Shown in pieces: positions 29,401 to 41,107 of a stretch of DNA of 64,000 nucleotides. The stretch comes from Octopus bimaculoides (lineage: Eukaryota): positions 5,320,577 to 5,384,576 of the forward strand of contig NC_068987.1 in assembly GCF_001194135.2 (NCBI RefSeq), read 5' to 3'. The translations under genes were made by a program, and so were the position numbers. The notes under the pieces are model-generated. The model was not told the DNA's origin. It searched no databases and saw only the letters and a list, made by a program, of their open reading frames with translations. The first letter of the stretch is position 1, and each line of letters starts with the position of its first letter.

Positions 29401-32400
29401 CATTAAAGACAAGCCAGTTAAAGGGAGACAAACCACTGCGATCACTGACCTGAATGACCAGTGAATGGCTAAATTGATTTGCACGGACAGAAAAGTTACA
29501 ATCTATGAACTTGCTGCACAGAACTGAACTGTGGTCACAATGCTTTACAGAAGTTGGCGGAAGACTCTAGAAATCGAAGAGTGTATGCAAAGTGAGTACC
29601 ATGCAGCTAAAACCCAATTTGAGGAAGAGAAAAGGGGCAGTCTGCTCTGATCTGCCTGGAAGCGTTTGAAGTGAATGAAAACACTTTTTTACCTGATCTG
29701 GTGACAGGGAATGAAACATGAGCATATCTTTATCACCTGAGCATAAAGGCTTTGTCCCTGGAAAGGCATCACACCTCTTCTCCAAGGCCTAAGAATTTCA
29801 AGAGCCAGCAATTGGCACAGAAAGACATAGTGGCTGTCATTTTGGATGAAAAGGTGTCAGTTTCTGTGATTTTCAGGAACATGGCTTCATCATGAACAAA
29901 GGACAGTGTATTGAGGCATTGAATAAGCTTAGAGAAGCCATGAGGAAGAAGAGAATGAACAAGAATCAGGAAAACAATCAATATTTACTATGACAATGTG
30001 CAACCATACGTCTTTGGTGACAAATCAAGCAAGAGGTGAATTGGGCTGGTCAGTGGCTTCTACACGTCCGGTGCCTTCTGACTTTCACAGCTCAATCAAA
30101 CCAAAGACAGTCTGAGTCTTGGGGACAATTTGATGACAAAATGAAAGTGGCTTTGAAAAAGTGGACACAACTGTATATGTTTAAATCATTTTTTAAAACA
30201 GATTCAAGAGATAGGTTCAATTCTTCTTCTTCTTCTTCATTGACCCCCCTCCCCCAGCATCATCATATAATGTCCATATTCCATGCTGGCATGAATTGGA
30301 CAGTTTATCAGGAGCTGTCCAGACTCCAGTTGTCTGTTGTGGCATGGTTTCTATGGCTGGATGTCCTTCCTGACGCTAACCACTTTACAATGTGCTGGGT
30401 GGCATAAAATAAAGTTTAACAGAAATAAACTAAAATAAAACCAACCTTATTCGCTGGTTGTACATCAAGATGTCCATACACTACCAAGGTTTTCTTTTTA
30501 GGATCCTTACCAAGTTGTCCGAAAATCACAGGAGGAAGTTTAAGGACTTCTGAGGATGGGTGGACTTGATCTCCAAGTTCCAGTAATTCAGTTTGAATAT
30601 GAAGTTTCTCCATTTCCTTTCAAATAAAATATAACACATCATTATATTAAAACACGTTTATGGTTGGAAAATATCGAGAAGTACGATTGTTAGGTCTTGT
30701 ACAGTATGTCTACGATTGTGTGAAGGCAAACTTACATTTTTCTAACAAGACGAAAGTCAGAATATTTAACCCTTTAACATTCAGATTACTCTGTCAAATA
30801 TAATGTTTATTTAATTCATGTTCTTTTATTCTTCTACTTGTTTCAGTCATTTGACTGCGGCCATGCTGGAGCACCGCCTTTAGTCGAACAAATCGACCCC
30901 TGGACTTATTCTTTGTNNNNNNNNNNGCCATGCTGGAGCACCGCCTTTAGTCGAACAAATCGACCCCTGGACTTATTCTTTGTAAGCCTAGTACTTATTC
31001 TATCGGTCTCTATTGTTGAACCGCTAAACTATTGGGGATGTAAACACCAGCATCGGTTGTCAAGCGATGGTGGGAGACAAATACAGAAACACACACATAC
31101 ATACATATATATGATGGGCTTCTTTCAGTCTTCGTCTACCAAATCCACTCACAAGGCTTTGGTTGTTGGCCCAAAGCTATAGTAGAAGACACTTGCCCAA
31201 GGTGCCACACAGTGGGACTGAACCCGGAACCATGTGGTTGGGAAGCAAGCTACTAACCACACAGCCACGTATTGTTTTGAATTATTCATTCTCTTTGTGG
31301 TTTCAAGGTTTCGATGATGTGGTTGTTTATATTTAGAATGACATTCTAGGGTAGGTGTGAGAGGTCAGATCTGGCCAGTTTTGAATATAAAACAGGGAGA
31401 ATATTTTGGTAGGATACAGCTGGCTTAAACGCTAAAGGGCCAAGATGTGAATCATGCATGAGAACCCTTAGTTAAGTTTTTTTTATCCTTACAGATACTC
31501 AGACACAAATTAATCAATGGTAAAGTAAAAATGAAATATTTTCTTCAGATTTGCAGAATTAAGAAATCAGTGTAATGTGCCAAGCCTCATCAGCCATCAT
31601 CCCAGTGTCCTCCCTGTGTCCAGGAGCCAGCTTACCAAGGATCTCCATTTCCTCCTTTGTTTCGCAAACTCATACAATTAGCCAAGGTCCTCTTTCTAGT
31701 CCATTCTTTGATGCCATCAATCCACAAACCTCTCTAACACCTTGCTCTTTTCCCCTCCACATTTCTCATTAGAATGGTCTTAGGAAACAACTCATTGCAC
31801 AATGTATGCTCAGAATATAATAGTTTTACTGAGTTGAGTGTCAGTATTGGGTGTATTTGGACTCAGTTTTTCTAGTATTGCAGCATTTGTTTCTCTGTAT
31901 TTCTAGCTCATTCTGCTCAATCTATAAAAGATCCTCATCCCAAAGGCATTAATTTTCTATTAGATGTTTAACCTAAAGAAAACTATAAGAGTAGAAAAAA
32001 ACCAAAAACAAAGAAAACAGATTCATTTAAAATAATTTCTCTTACAGCTTTTGTCCATTCAACCATTCTTCTAACTTCTGGCCTCAGTTTCACAGATGCT
32101 GACACACTAGGAATGGCCACAGCAGTGCCAAGCCGTTTAATAAAACGGTCGGCATTATCGTCAATGTACCTGAATAAGAAATTAAAACAATATATTAATG
32201 ATTCTTTGAAGGCAAACAAACATCCATAGAAGTTTTCATCTCAAGATTACATTTACTGTCAGGAAATGGTCATGACTCTAAGCTTCTTACAGAAAAATGT
32301 GGACCAAGCAATATATTTTTTATTTATGTGTTTCAGCCAAGTGGCTGCGGTCATGCTGGTGCAAAGTTGTCAACAACCAGGTCAATCACACATTGAATGT

Positions 32401-33476
32401 GGATTTCTATAAAAAAACATAAATGCCTACACATGCACACACAAACTCAGTTCTATAAGTACAGATAGATATTGTCAGTGGATCACATATCCAAAAAAGA
32501 CGCACACACTAAACATTAGGGCAGTAATGTCTTTACCTGATATATGCCTCCAGCCACTGGAGTCTGTGAAGTCATTGATAAAGCTAAGCGCTTTATGGAT
32601 GCAAAACCATTGGTCACTCTATGACTGGAGATATTTAACTTCATGTAAATATATATATGTATTTATATTCTTTTATTCTTTTACTTTTTTTCAGTCATTT
32701 GACTGTGGCTGTGCTGGAGCATCACCTTGAAGGGGACCCAATGGACAACCAAGAATGTGGAAGTATGTGGGGGCAACGGAAGGCCCCTTCAGAACCCGCT
32801 TTAATAACCAAAAGTCCTCCTTCAACATCCCAGAGAGATGTAACACCACAACTCTAGCCAAGCATGTTTGGGCTTTGAAAGAAAGCACCTCCGATAATAG
32901 AAAGCAGCCACCATATTCTCTTCCATATCGGTTAACTCTGATGAGTGTAAAGTTATATAATCAGATTGTTACCTAACACTCCAATGTATTCTTTACACAA
33001 AACCAATTGGTAAGATCAGCCGTGATGAACATTTAATAGCATACATTTTGGATAATATATATCTATATCTATATCTATAATATATATATATATATATACA
33101 CACACAACGCACACACCTAAACAATAATAGGTTACACATGCTGAAAAAGGATAATTACAATTAGACATATAATTTAGGGCCATGGTAATTAGACCACACC
33201 AATTTGAAACCATTTAATTGGGCCACACCACTTTGAAACCATTAAAACGAACCTACTCTGAGCTATTCTTACTGAGTTTCATCTATTATGTATCATAATG
33301 AAATCATTTCCCCTTATTACGCAGTTAATACTGTGGTAAGAGAATACTTTTCAACCACATGCTTCTGGGTTCAATCCCACTGTATCACACCTTGGGCAAG
33401 TGTCTTCTGCTATAGACTCAGGCTGACCAAAGCCTTCTGAGAGGATCTGACAGACGGAAATTGAAAAGAAGCCCAA

Positions 33477-33513
<37 letters not shown>

Positions 33514-36500
33514 TTGTCTTGATATTGTGTGATTGTTGTAAACGAATCTCATTTCTTTCCAATATTCTGCAATAACACATCTGGCTGTGAGGACAAACAC
33601 AAATAAAGACACACAACCCGGAGTGGTTGGCGTTAGGAAGGGCATCCAGCTGTAGAATCTCTGCCAAATCAGATTGGAGCCTGGTGTCGCCTCCTGGTCC
33701 ACCAGTCCTCAGTCAAATCATCCAACCCATGCTAGCATGGAAAGCGGACGTTAAACGAGGACGATGATGATGATTACACACATGCTGCACCTCACCATCT
33801 CTTCCAACTCATGACTCCTTGCTCAGCCCATTTTGAAGCATGGCTCAGTGATAAGGGTATTTGACTCATGGTTGTAAGGCCGAAAGTTCAATTCCTGGCA
33901 GCACATTGTCTCCTTGAGCGAGACACTTTATTTCACATTGCTCCAGTCCACTCAGCTGACAAAAATGAGTTCTACCTGCATTTCAAAGGGCCAGTTTTGT
34001 CACATTCTGTGTTATGCTGAATCTCCCTGAGACCTACATTAAGGTTACGCATGTTTAATGTTGGGTTTCATGGAAGTGACGACAAGTGATTGTGACCTTT
34101 GGCAATTTAGTTTGTTTATGTCCCTATAACTTAGGGGTTCGTCAAAAGTGACAGATGATCGTTTCAAAAAAAAAAAAAAAAAAAAAAAAAAAAGAAAGTG
34201 CGTTTTCTGATTTAGGAACAAGGTCAGTAGTCTTGAGGGGAGGAAATTAAACATTACGAAACGCCTTAAACATATTTAGTTTATTGTTTTATAATTATTT
34301 CCATCACAATACAATAAACAAATATATTTTGTAAAAAAAAAACTAGATTAAAAACAACCAAGAATTCATTCACTGAGGATATTGTCAAGCCCCTTGTATC
34401 GGTAAGTCAATATTTTGGGACCCCTAAAGCGGCAAGCTGGCAGAAACGTTAGCACGCCGGACGAAATGCTTAACGGTATTTCGTCTGCCGTTACGTTCTG
34501 AGTTCAAATTCCGCCGAGGTCGACTTTGCCTTTCATCGTTTCGGTGTCGATAAATTAAGAACCAGTTGCGTACTGGGGTCACTCTAATCGACTGCTTCCA
34601 CTACCAAAAATTTCAGGCCTTGTGACTAGAGTAGAAAAGAATATTTCGGGACCCTTGTATCCCACTAGTACCGACTAGTACCCATTATTACCTTCAGAGG
34701 GATAAAAAGCAGAGTTGACCTCGGTGCGATTTGAATTCAGAACATAAAGAACTGGAAGAGATATCACAAAGCACTTTACTGATACCACGCCGAGAAAGTA
34801 CCGACCACAGACAGTAAATGAACTTTAGAGCTCTTACATCAAAACTAAAATCACGTGGTTCTTTGCATGTGATTGCCAACATGCTGATCACAAGTGTCTT
34901 CTGACCTCAATTTTAAACCCTAGTCTAGGAGTGGTAGCGGTAGTGGGTCCCAAGTACGTCTACATCAGGGGGTCCCCAAACTTTTCAGGCCATCGACCTC
35001 TTCTTGGAATCATTGACGCCTCATCGATCCCTTCATGGAATCCTTGACCCCTCATCGACCCCTTCATGGAATCCTTGACCCCTCATCGATCCCTTCATGG
35101 AATCCTTGACGCCTCATCGACCCCTTCATGGAATCCTTGACGCCTCATCGACCCCTTCATGGAATCCCTGACGCCTCATCGACCCCTTCATGGAATCCTT
35201 GACCCCTCATCGACCCCCAGGCATGTACAAGAAAATAAATAATAATAAAGTAGATGTGCATTTATTGAATCCTTGAATAATCCCATCGACCACTTTGGAG
35301 ATCCCCTGGTCTACATCTTGTGTCAGACATAAACTCGGTTTCAACTACATTTTTGCCAGTACTATATCTGTTTAGTGCTGAATATCATATGAACAGAAAA
35401 AACAAAACAAGAGTATTGGATACTGTAGTAGAGATTTTGATTGAGTTAAGTTGTAACTTGCTTACAGATACTGTGCACCAGGCGAAACTCAAAATGGCAA
35501 GCGACCGACCGACTAACATGCATGCATACATATCTTTTTATAATATGGCTTAGGCATAACAGTACTAATAGCTCAATATACATATGCTATAAGCCACAGA
35601 ATTCCTACCACAAATCTAGTTCATGACTGGTCGTCATGTGTCCTCTTCAAATTCAGCTGTTAACACCATCAACAAAAAAACAATCTTTCATTTAGCACTT
35701 GAAAGCAAAAATATTTATATCTCCAAATTTATAATTTTCTTTGATGTATAAAGTAATATACAAAGAAATAACTGTACAACTCTAGTGAATGAGCCAAGGT
35801 AATTTTTTTGTTTAGTAAAATAAATTAGCCATTGAGAACTAATAATCAGTAATGTACTAGCTTGCTTTCAACAAAGTTATTTCAAACGAGGACTCGGAAA
35901 GTTCAAAGGTTATCAGTTATTGCTGCTAAAACCCAGATAACACTGTTCCACAGGCAGGCCTACGATTTAAAACAGTGGTTCTCAAACTTTGCAAAAAAAT
36001 TTACGCACCGGTCCCCTTAGTTTTTTTTTTTTTTTCGATGATTCGCGGTCCCCTATAAAATGCAGGATAATCAACATGCAAAATATGACACATTCGTGTG
36101 CCATAATTTCCGGACTATGAACAGCACTGCCCATAGACCCGCGACCCCGAAAACCCATAATTTAATCCAGGCAATGTCCCATAGGGATACAATAAACGCA
36201 TATGAATATATGGGGAATCAGTTGATCAATTGGTTATAAAAGAAATGAGAAAGGAAAAATACCGACAGCACATGCACGATCAACCGTTATACCCGCATAT
36301 TTTCTATCGGTTAATCATACTTGTTGTACAAGTGTGATTAGCAAATGAGTGTGTAAGAGTGACGTGGGTTGAGGCCAACGACAGAAAAGGATGATAGCAT
36401 GCAGAAAATTGAAAACCTTGAAATTTTAAAACTTAACTGTCTCAAGTCACCCCCATTTTCACGATACTTCAGCGTCCCTTCGCAGTCCCCTGGGGCAGTG

Positions 36501-38750
36501 CTTCTCAAACTATCTGATGTGGCGTACCGCCAATTCTTAGGCGATCTTATATCGAAATTTTGCCACATAATGAATATAATAAAAGTTGACAATTTTTTAA
36601 ATCTTATATTTATCTTGTAAACAAATAATACAATATTACATAAGCAATTTATAATGTTTCTTTTCTGGAAACTCGCCGTGTACCGGCAGCTGATGGCTCG
36701 CGGACCGGCACTGGTCCGCGGACCACCACTTTGAGTAGCACCGCTCTGAGGGACCGCGGACCCCAGTTTAAGAAACACTGATTTAAAGCATCCTAGTTAT
36801 AACCATCCGATCATTTTCGTGTGGTGGGGAGTATAAGACTACATTATTTAAAGCATCTTTTTCTTTTCTTAAGATGTCGAAGTAAGATTTAAAAGTGATT
36901 TGACAGCTATTTCTAGTACTTTAAACGATAACGTAGAGGCTCATTCATTATCTGTTTAAAGTGGGTGGTACATTCCTGGAATGCGGTGAAATTATTTTAC
37001 AAATGATTTATATAAACAAATCGATTGACTGAAAATAGTGGAGCACCGGGGAAAATGCCTTATAAATTCAGTTTCGTTCCGCCGAGGTTAACTTCGAAGT
37101 ACACAAAATATCTCACGTACAATAATCTGTCTTAAATTTAGAAAAAAGGATTATTTTTATTATTTTATCATCATTTTTATTATTACTCCACTGATGTAGA
37201 CTTTGCCTTTCATCCTTTCCGGGGTTGATAAAATAAGTACCAGTCAAGTACGGGTCGATGAAATCGATTTGTCCCCGCCTCCCAAATTTCAGGTTTTGTG
37301 CCTTTAGTAGAGAGAATTATTAGGAAAATGATGAATTACACCCCCAAAATGTCCCAAAAATCGGTCAACGACCTCCAGTACAAAACAGGGACAATATGCT
37401 AGATTCAACGAATATCTACAAAACTTCTAAAGTGTCATGTTTTATTGTTTACAAAACATAATCTACAACAGCAATTAAATCAGTTTAATTAGTGTTAATA
37501 ACTGACCGTTCCTTCGTTTGCTCAAAAATTATTTGCACTAAACATGTGATGGAATCTGCAAATGTCCACCAAAATTCTAAAGTATGGTGTTTTATATAAA
37601 ACATCTTTGTTTATTGTTTATAAAATATATAATCGGTTTAGTTAATGATAACAGATTGGTTTCTTAATTTTCTCATAATTATTTATGCTACATGTGCAGT
37701 GGACTCCCCGAATGTATTACAAAAAAGTCGTGTGCTGTTTTCTATCAATGTTCCATAAAATATTCCAGGAGTTGACAAGATCTGGCCACGTAAAATAAAG
37801 AACTTGAGATAATTTAGGTGAAACAAAATTATATTTCGTCAGACTAACGATTATGAATTAAATATTTTATACCATAAAATAATAATTAACTCAGTTTAAA
37901 TCACCTTAAGAGTCAGTCATGTAAAATAACGATTTGCTTTAAAATCGGATGGGTTGCAATTAGCCGTTTTTATGAGGTCCCGTTTGGTTGTTCTAGGAAC
38001 TGGTTGTAAACATACAAATCACATAACTTTACCAAAAAGATTCTAGCTGTGAGAAATCTTCCCCATTATTTTATTATGTTTTGTATGTCCCGGTCAGAAC
38101 CTGGGTAGATTTTCTCAGATACCCATAAATACATTAGATTATAAAAGCATTAGATTAAGATTTCTTATAAATGTTTGTAATTAATTTTTATCTTGTTAAA
38201 AGAAAAAAATTCAAATATTTTTCAATGCGATATTCAAAACGAAAACATAAAACTGAAAGGAATATTAAAGTCAGAGGGCGGTTAAAAAGTCTCAATTAAA
38301 TGAATAAAGGCAGACCCTGATATAATAATGAATAGCAACTTGCTGGGACAAGGACTGACCTTGGGCCCTAAAAAACATAAACTGAAGTAACCATCAAATG
38401 GTTGCTGATATTTTAAAAATAGTAGCAGAATCTCTATCGCATTAAGAAAATAAGACCGAAGACATTGGACCATGTAGTCATGTAAACAACGTAAACCAAT
38501 AAGGGAACCCTTAAGTGGTCGCACATATAAAAATAGCAGCCAAATCTCTCTCTCACAGAAAAAGACCGGGCACATCGGACGATGTGGTCCTAAAAAAATA
38601 CAAAACGAGATGGCTATGCTGGAGAGACGTGATAGTTAAGTAAATTATAATAGATCAGAGCAGAACAAACAAAATATAATAATAACATTAGTGGTGATAG
38701 TATTAGTAGATATATAACAGCCTATAAACTTACTTGAAGACACCTTCCAT
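13003..38750 (-). CDS. CNDP2: Cytosolic non-specific dipeptidase (CNDP2-like, M20A), copy B, 14 coding exons, 469 aa
   Basis: Exons 38734-38750, 32046-32169, 30446-30616, 27891-27971, 26796-26870, 26585-26665, 25163-25236, 23550-23624, 20365-20509, 19247-19346, 18018-18189, 15611-15693, 15310-15476, 13003-13047. All introns are GT-AG with compatible phases; total 1410 nt. Motifs [51 protein letters not shown]. Confidence 0.95.
15310..15476 (-). CDS. CNDP2: CNDP2-like B exon 13 ([15 protein letters not shown]...[10 protein letters not shown])
   Basis: Conserved motifs; AG/GT boundaries; 167 nt. Confidence 0.95.
15611..15693 (-). CDS. CNDP2: CNDP2-like B exon 12 ([27 protein letters not shown])
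   Basis: 83 nt; AG/GT boundaries; phases fit. Confidence 0.92.
17740..17877. repeat. Short inverted repeat / MITE-like
   Basis: ATTGTCTCCAGCTGGCT...GTGTCCTTATAT vs ATATAAGGACAC...AGCCAGCTGGAGACAAT. Confidence 0.55.
18018..18189 (-). CDS. CNDP2: CNDP2-like B exon 11 ([25 protein letters not shown]...)
   Basis: 172 nt; conserved motif; AG/GT boundaries. Confidence 0.95.
19247..19346 (-). CDS. CNDP2: CNDP2-like B exon 10 (EDYCKDIG...[11 protein letters not shown])
   Basis: 100 nt; RWRxPSLSLHG motif. Confidence 0.93.
19656..20110. repeat. 26-bp minisatellite, ~17 units
   Basis: Unit YTTTTGTCAATTCTTTCAAWTGTCAC; period 26 nt. Confidence 0.9.
20365..20509 (-). CDS. CNDP2: CNDP2-like B exon 9 ([16 protein letters not shown]...IDFDL)
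   Basis: 145 nt; AG/GT boundaries. Confidence 0.94.
23550..23624 (-). CDS. CNDP2: CNDP2-like B exon 8 ([24 protein letters not shown])
   Basis: 75 nt; DLHSG motif. Confidence 0.94.
24279..24499. mobile_element. piggyBac-like TTAA MITE
   Basis: TTAA-CCCTTTCGTTACC ... GGTAACGAAAGGG-TTAA; partial relatives near 15970-16200 and 51620-51700. Confidence 0.8.
25163..25236 (-). CDS. CNDP2: CNDP2-like B exon 7 ([24 protein letters not shown])
   Basis: 74 nt; SDNYW motif. Confidence 0.94.
25915..26025. repeat. (GATA)n/(GA)n/(GACA)n microsatellite
   Basis: Directly visible repeats. Confidence 0.9.
26585..26665 (-). CDS. CNDP2: CNDP2-like B exon 6 ([27 protein letters not shown])
   Basis: 81 nt; catalytic/metal EE pair. 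Confidence 0.94.
26796..26870 (-). CDS. CNDP2: CNDP2-like B exon 5 ([25 protein letters not shown])
   Basis: 75 nt; AG/GT boundaries. Confidence 0.94.
27891..27971 (-). CDS. CNDP2: CNDP2-like B exon 4 ([27 protein letters not shown])
   Basis: 81 nt; GRGSTDDK motif. Confidence 0.95.
28037..28521 (+). mobile_element. tRNA-headed, hammerhead-bearing retroelement with inverted 5' arm
   Basis: 13-bp TSD AATGAAGTCATAA at 28024-28036 and 28522-28534; A/B-box head ~28245-28315; hammerhead-like motifs at 28080-28125 (-) and 28400-28445 (+, degenerate). Confidence 0.8.
28080..28125 (-). ncRNA. Minimal type I hammerhead ribozyme motif, sense to CNDP2-B pre-mRNA (intron 3)
   Basis: GACAC-CTGATGA-A-GGCTG(loop)CAGCT-GAAA-TGTT-GTGTT. 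Confidence 0.6.
28930..30150 (+). mobile_element. Decayed mariner transposase remnant with duplicated N-terminal segment
   Basis: [16 protein letters not shown] (from VTGDETW) and YDNVQPY (from HDNARPH); multiple stops and frameshifts. Confidence 0.65.
30446..30616 (-). CDS. CNDP2: CNDP2-like B exon 3 (EMEKLHIQ...[11 protein letters not shown])
   Basis: 171 nt; GHLDVQP motif. Confidence 0.95.
32046..32169 (-). CDS. CNDP2: CNDP2-like B exon 2 ([13 protein letters not shown]...EWTKA)
   Basis: 124 nt; phase-2 start; AIPSVSA motif. Confidence 0.94.
32755..32885 (+). mobile_element. Penelope-type GIY-YIG endonuclease fragment
   Basis: [21 protein letters not shown]...[14 protein letters not shown]. 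Confidence 0.7.
34966..35308. mobile_element. hAT MITE containing a 31-bp minisatellite (~7 copies)
   Basis: TIR CAGGGGTCCCCAAA / TTTGGAGATCCCCTG; perfect 8-bp TSD GTCTACAT; unit GAATCCTTGACCCCTCATCGACCCCTTCATG at 35007-35217. Confidence 0.85.
35973..36780. mobile_element. hAT (Charlie-like) MITE with a nested second hAT MITE (36496-36743)
   Basis: CAGTGGTTCTCAAAC / GTTTAAGAAACACTG; TSD ATTTAAAA/ATTTAAAG; inner TSD CCCTGGGG/CTCTGAGG. Confidence 0.75.
38734..38750 (-). CDS. CNDP2: CNDP2-like B exon 1 coding part (MEGVF K)
   Basis: TTCGCG ATG G Kozak context; GTAAGT donor; phase 2 joins exon 2 to give MEGVFKYID; a paralogous exon exists in copy A. Confidence 0.85.
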
Positions 38751-40248
38751 CGCGAACTGAACAGTAACAAAACCGCGAACGAAGTGCGGAGCGACAGCTG
38801 AAAAATGAAAGTGTTGAGGGCGAGAGAGAGAGAGAGAGAGTAGAATGAAACTGGTGATAGAGAGGGGGAGAGGAGTGAGAGAGTGCGAGCTGAATTAAAC
38901 TGCTGAGAAAGAGTTTGGCGAGCATTCGATTTGTTATAAGAGAGTAAGAAAGCGAGCAGAGGNNNNNNNNNNNNNNNNNNNNNNNNNNNNNNNNNNNNNN
39001 NNNNNNNNNNNNNNNNNNNNNNNNNNNNNNNNNNNNNNNNNNNNNNNNNNNNNNNNNNNNNNNNNNNNNNNNNNNNNNNNNNNNNNNNNNNNNNNNNNNN
39101 NNNNNNNNNNNNNNNNNNNNNNNNNNNNNNNNNNNNNNNNNNNNNNNNNNNNNNNNNNNNNNNNNNNNNNNNNNNNNNNNNNNNNNNNNNNNNNNNNNNN
39201 NNNNNNNNNNNNNNNNNNNNNNNNNNNNNNNNNNNNNNNNNNNNNNNNNNNNNNNNNNNNNNNNNNNNNNNNNNNNNNNNNNNNNNNNNNNNNNNNNNNN
39301 NNNNNNNNNNNNNNNNNNNNNNNNNNNNNNNNNNNNNNNNNNNNNNNNNNNNNNNNNNNNNNNNNNNNNNNNNNNNNNNNNNNNNNNNNNNNNNNNNNNN
39401 NNNNNNNNNNNNNNNNNNNNNNNNNNNNNNNNNNNNNNNNNNNNNNNNNNNNNNNNNNNNNNNNNNNNNNNNNNNNNNNNNNNNNNNNNNNNNNNNNNNN
39501 NNNNNNNNNNNNNNNNNNNNNNNNNNNNNNNNNNNNNNNNNNNNNNNNNNNNNNNNNNNNNNNNNNNNNNNNNNNNNNNNNNNNNNNNNNNNNNNNNNNN
39601 NNNNNNNNNNNNNNNNNNNNNNNNNNNNNNNNNNNNNNNNNNNNNNNNNNNNNNNNNNNNNNNNNNNNNNNNNNNNNNNNNNNNNNNNNNNNNNNNNNNN
39701 NNNNNNNNNNNNNNNNNNNNNNNNNNNNNNNNNNNNNNNNNNNNNNNNNNNNNNNNNNNNNNNNNNNNNNNNNNNNNNNNNNNNNNNNNNNNNNNNNNNN
39801 NNNNNNNNNNNNNNNNNNNNNNNNNNNNNNNNNNNNNNNNNNNNNNNNNNNNNNNNNNNNNNNNNNNNNNNNNNNNTTTCAAAGTGCCGATTTTTGCCAA
39901 TTTTTTTGCAGATTCATATTCTCCGTAGCCGAAAACGGGGGTTTGTGTAGAAAAAAAAAAAAATGAAAAAAAAAAAGGGTGGAGGTGGGGGGTACAAAAA
40001 GAAGTCTTGTTGCTTTTTCTGGTGTTCCTGTGACTAGAAAAAACTTTTGGAGTCGTGTACTTCAGCTGCCTGACATTTGTAGAAAGTCTTGTCGCTTTCC
40101 TAGCAACCAAGAAAATCTCTTTATTTATGTTCTTCTTGATCTCTCTAGAAGAACTTACATATACTCAAGGAAAATCATACATACACATACATGTACATAC
40201 GTACTTACATATGTACATACATAGATACACATGGACATACATATGTGT

Positions 40249-40635
40249 GGAGGCGCAATGGCCCAGTGGTTAGGGCAGCAGACTCACGGTCATAGGATTG
40301 CGGTTTCGATTCCCAGACCGGGCGTTGTGAGTGTTTATTGAGCGAAAACACCTAAAGCTCCACGAGGCTCTGGCAGGGGATGGTGACGAACCCTGCTGTA
40401 CTCTTTCACCACAACTTTCTCTCACTCTTTCTTCCTGTTTCTGTTGTGCCCGTAATTCAAAGGGCCAGCCTTGTCACACTGTGTCACGCTGAATATCCCC
40501 GAGAACTACGTTTAAAGGGTACACGTGTCTGTGGAGTGCTCAGCCACTTGCACGTTAATTTCACGAACAGGCTGTTCCGTTGATCGGATCAACTGGAACC
40601 CTCGACGTCGTAAGCGACGGAGTGCCAACAACAAC
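40249..40635 (+). mobile_element. tRNA(Arg-like)-derived SINE family 2 (other copies 3097-3469 minus, 51036-51255 partial)
   Basis: GGAGGCGCAATGGCCCAGTGGTTAGGGCAGCAGACTCACGG...GTTTCGATTCCC head; (CAA)n tail. Confidence 0.8.
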
Positions 40636-41107
40636 ATATGTATATATGTATGTACACACACATACATACATGCATGCATATATGCATGCATGCATGACAG
40701 GCTTCTTTTAGTTTCTGTCTATCAAATCCACTCACAAAGCTTTGTTTGGCCTGGGGTTGTAGTAGAAAACATTCACCCAAGATGCCATGCAATGGGCCTG
40801 AACCTGTAGCCATGTGGTTAGGAAGCAGACTTCTTCACCATGGACCCATGTTTGCCCCTCTTCATTTAAAAATTCCATATCTTCAAAAGGTTAACATGCA
40901 ATTCCAAATACTCCATGTAATAGAAAATGATTTATTCCTTCAATTTTGGTCTGAACTTCTTGTCTAAATATTCAGTTGTTATTCTCTTGACTGGGCGTAT
41001 CTTTCTGTTAATGTCTACCTGCGTGACGAAATGATTAGTTATGGCTTATAACTTACCTTTAGGATATATGTGACTGTGAGTCACGTCTACAGTAGTATAT
41101 GAATACA

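Noticed and set aside
32537-32624. Candidate start exon [13 protein letters not shown] with AG/GT ends in copy B intron 1
   Set aside because: It ends in phase 0 whereas exon 2 needs phase 2 (a stop follows at once), there is no counterpart in copy A, and the exon at 38734-38750 fits both copies.
32936-32965. CTGATGAG plus weak stem after the GIY-YIG fragment
   Set aside because: It lacks GAAA and helix I, so it cannot be supported as a hammerhead.
35007-35217. Regularly spaced 31-bp repeats resembling a CRISPR array
   Set aside because: There are no unique spacers, the DNA is eukaryotic, and the array lies inside a hAT MITE.
38722-40110. 462-aa ORF, and similar X-filled ORFs at 5774-6097, 43858-44113, 44983-45687 and 61977-62428
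   Set aside because: They are open only because of N gaps.
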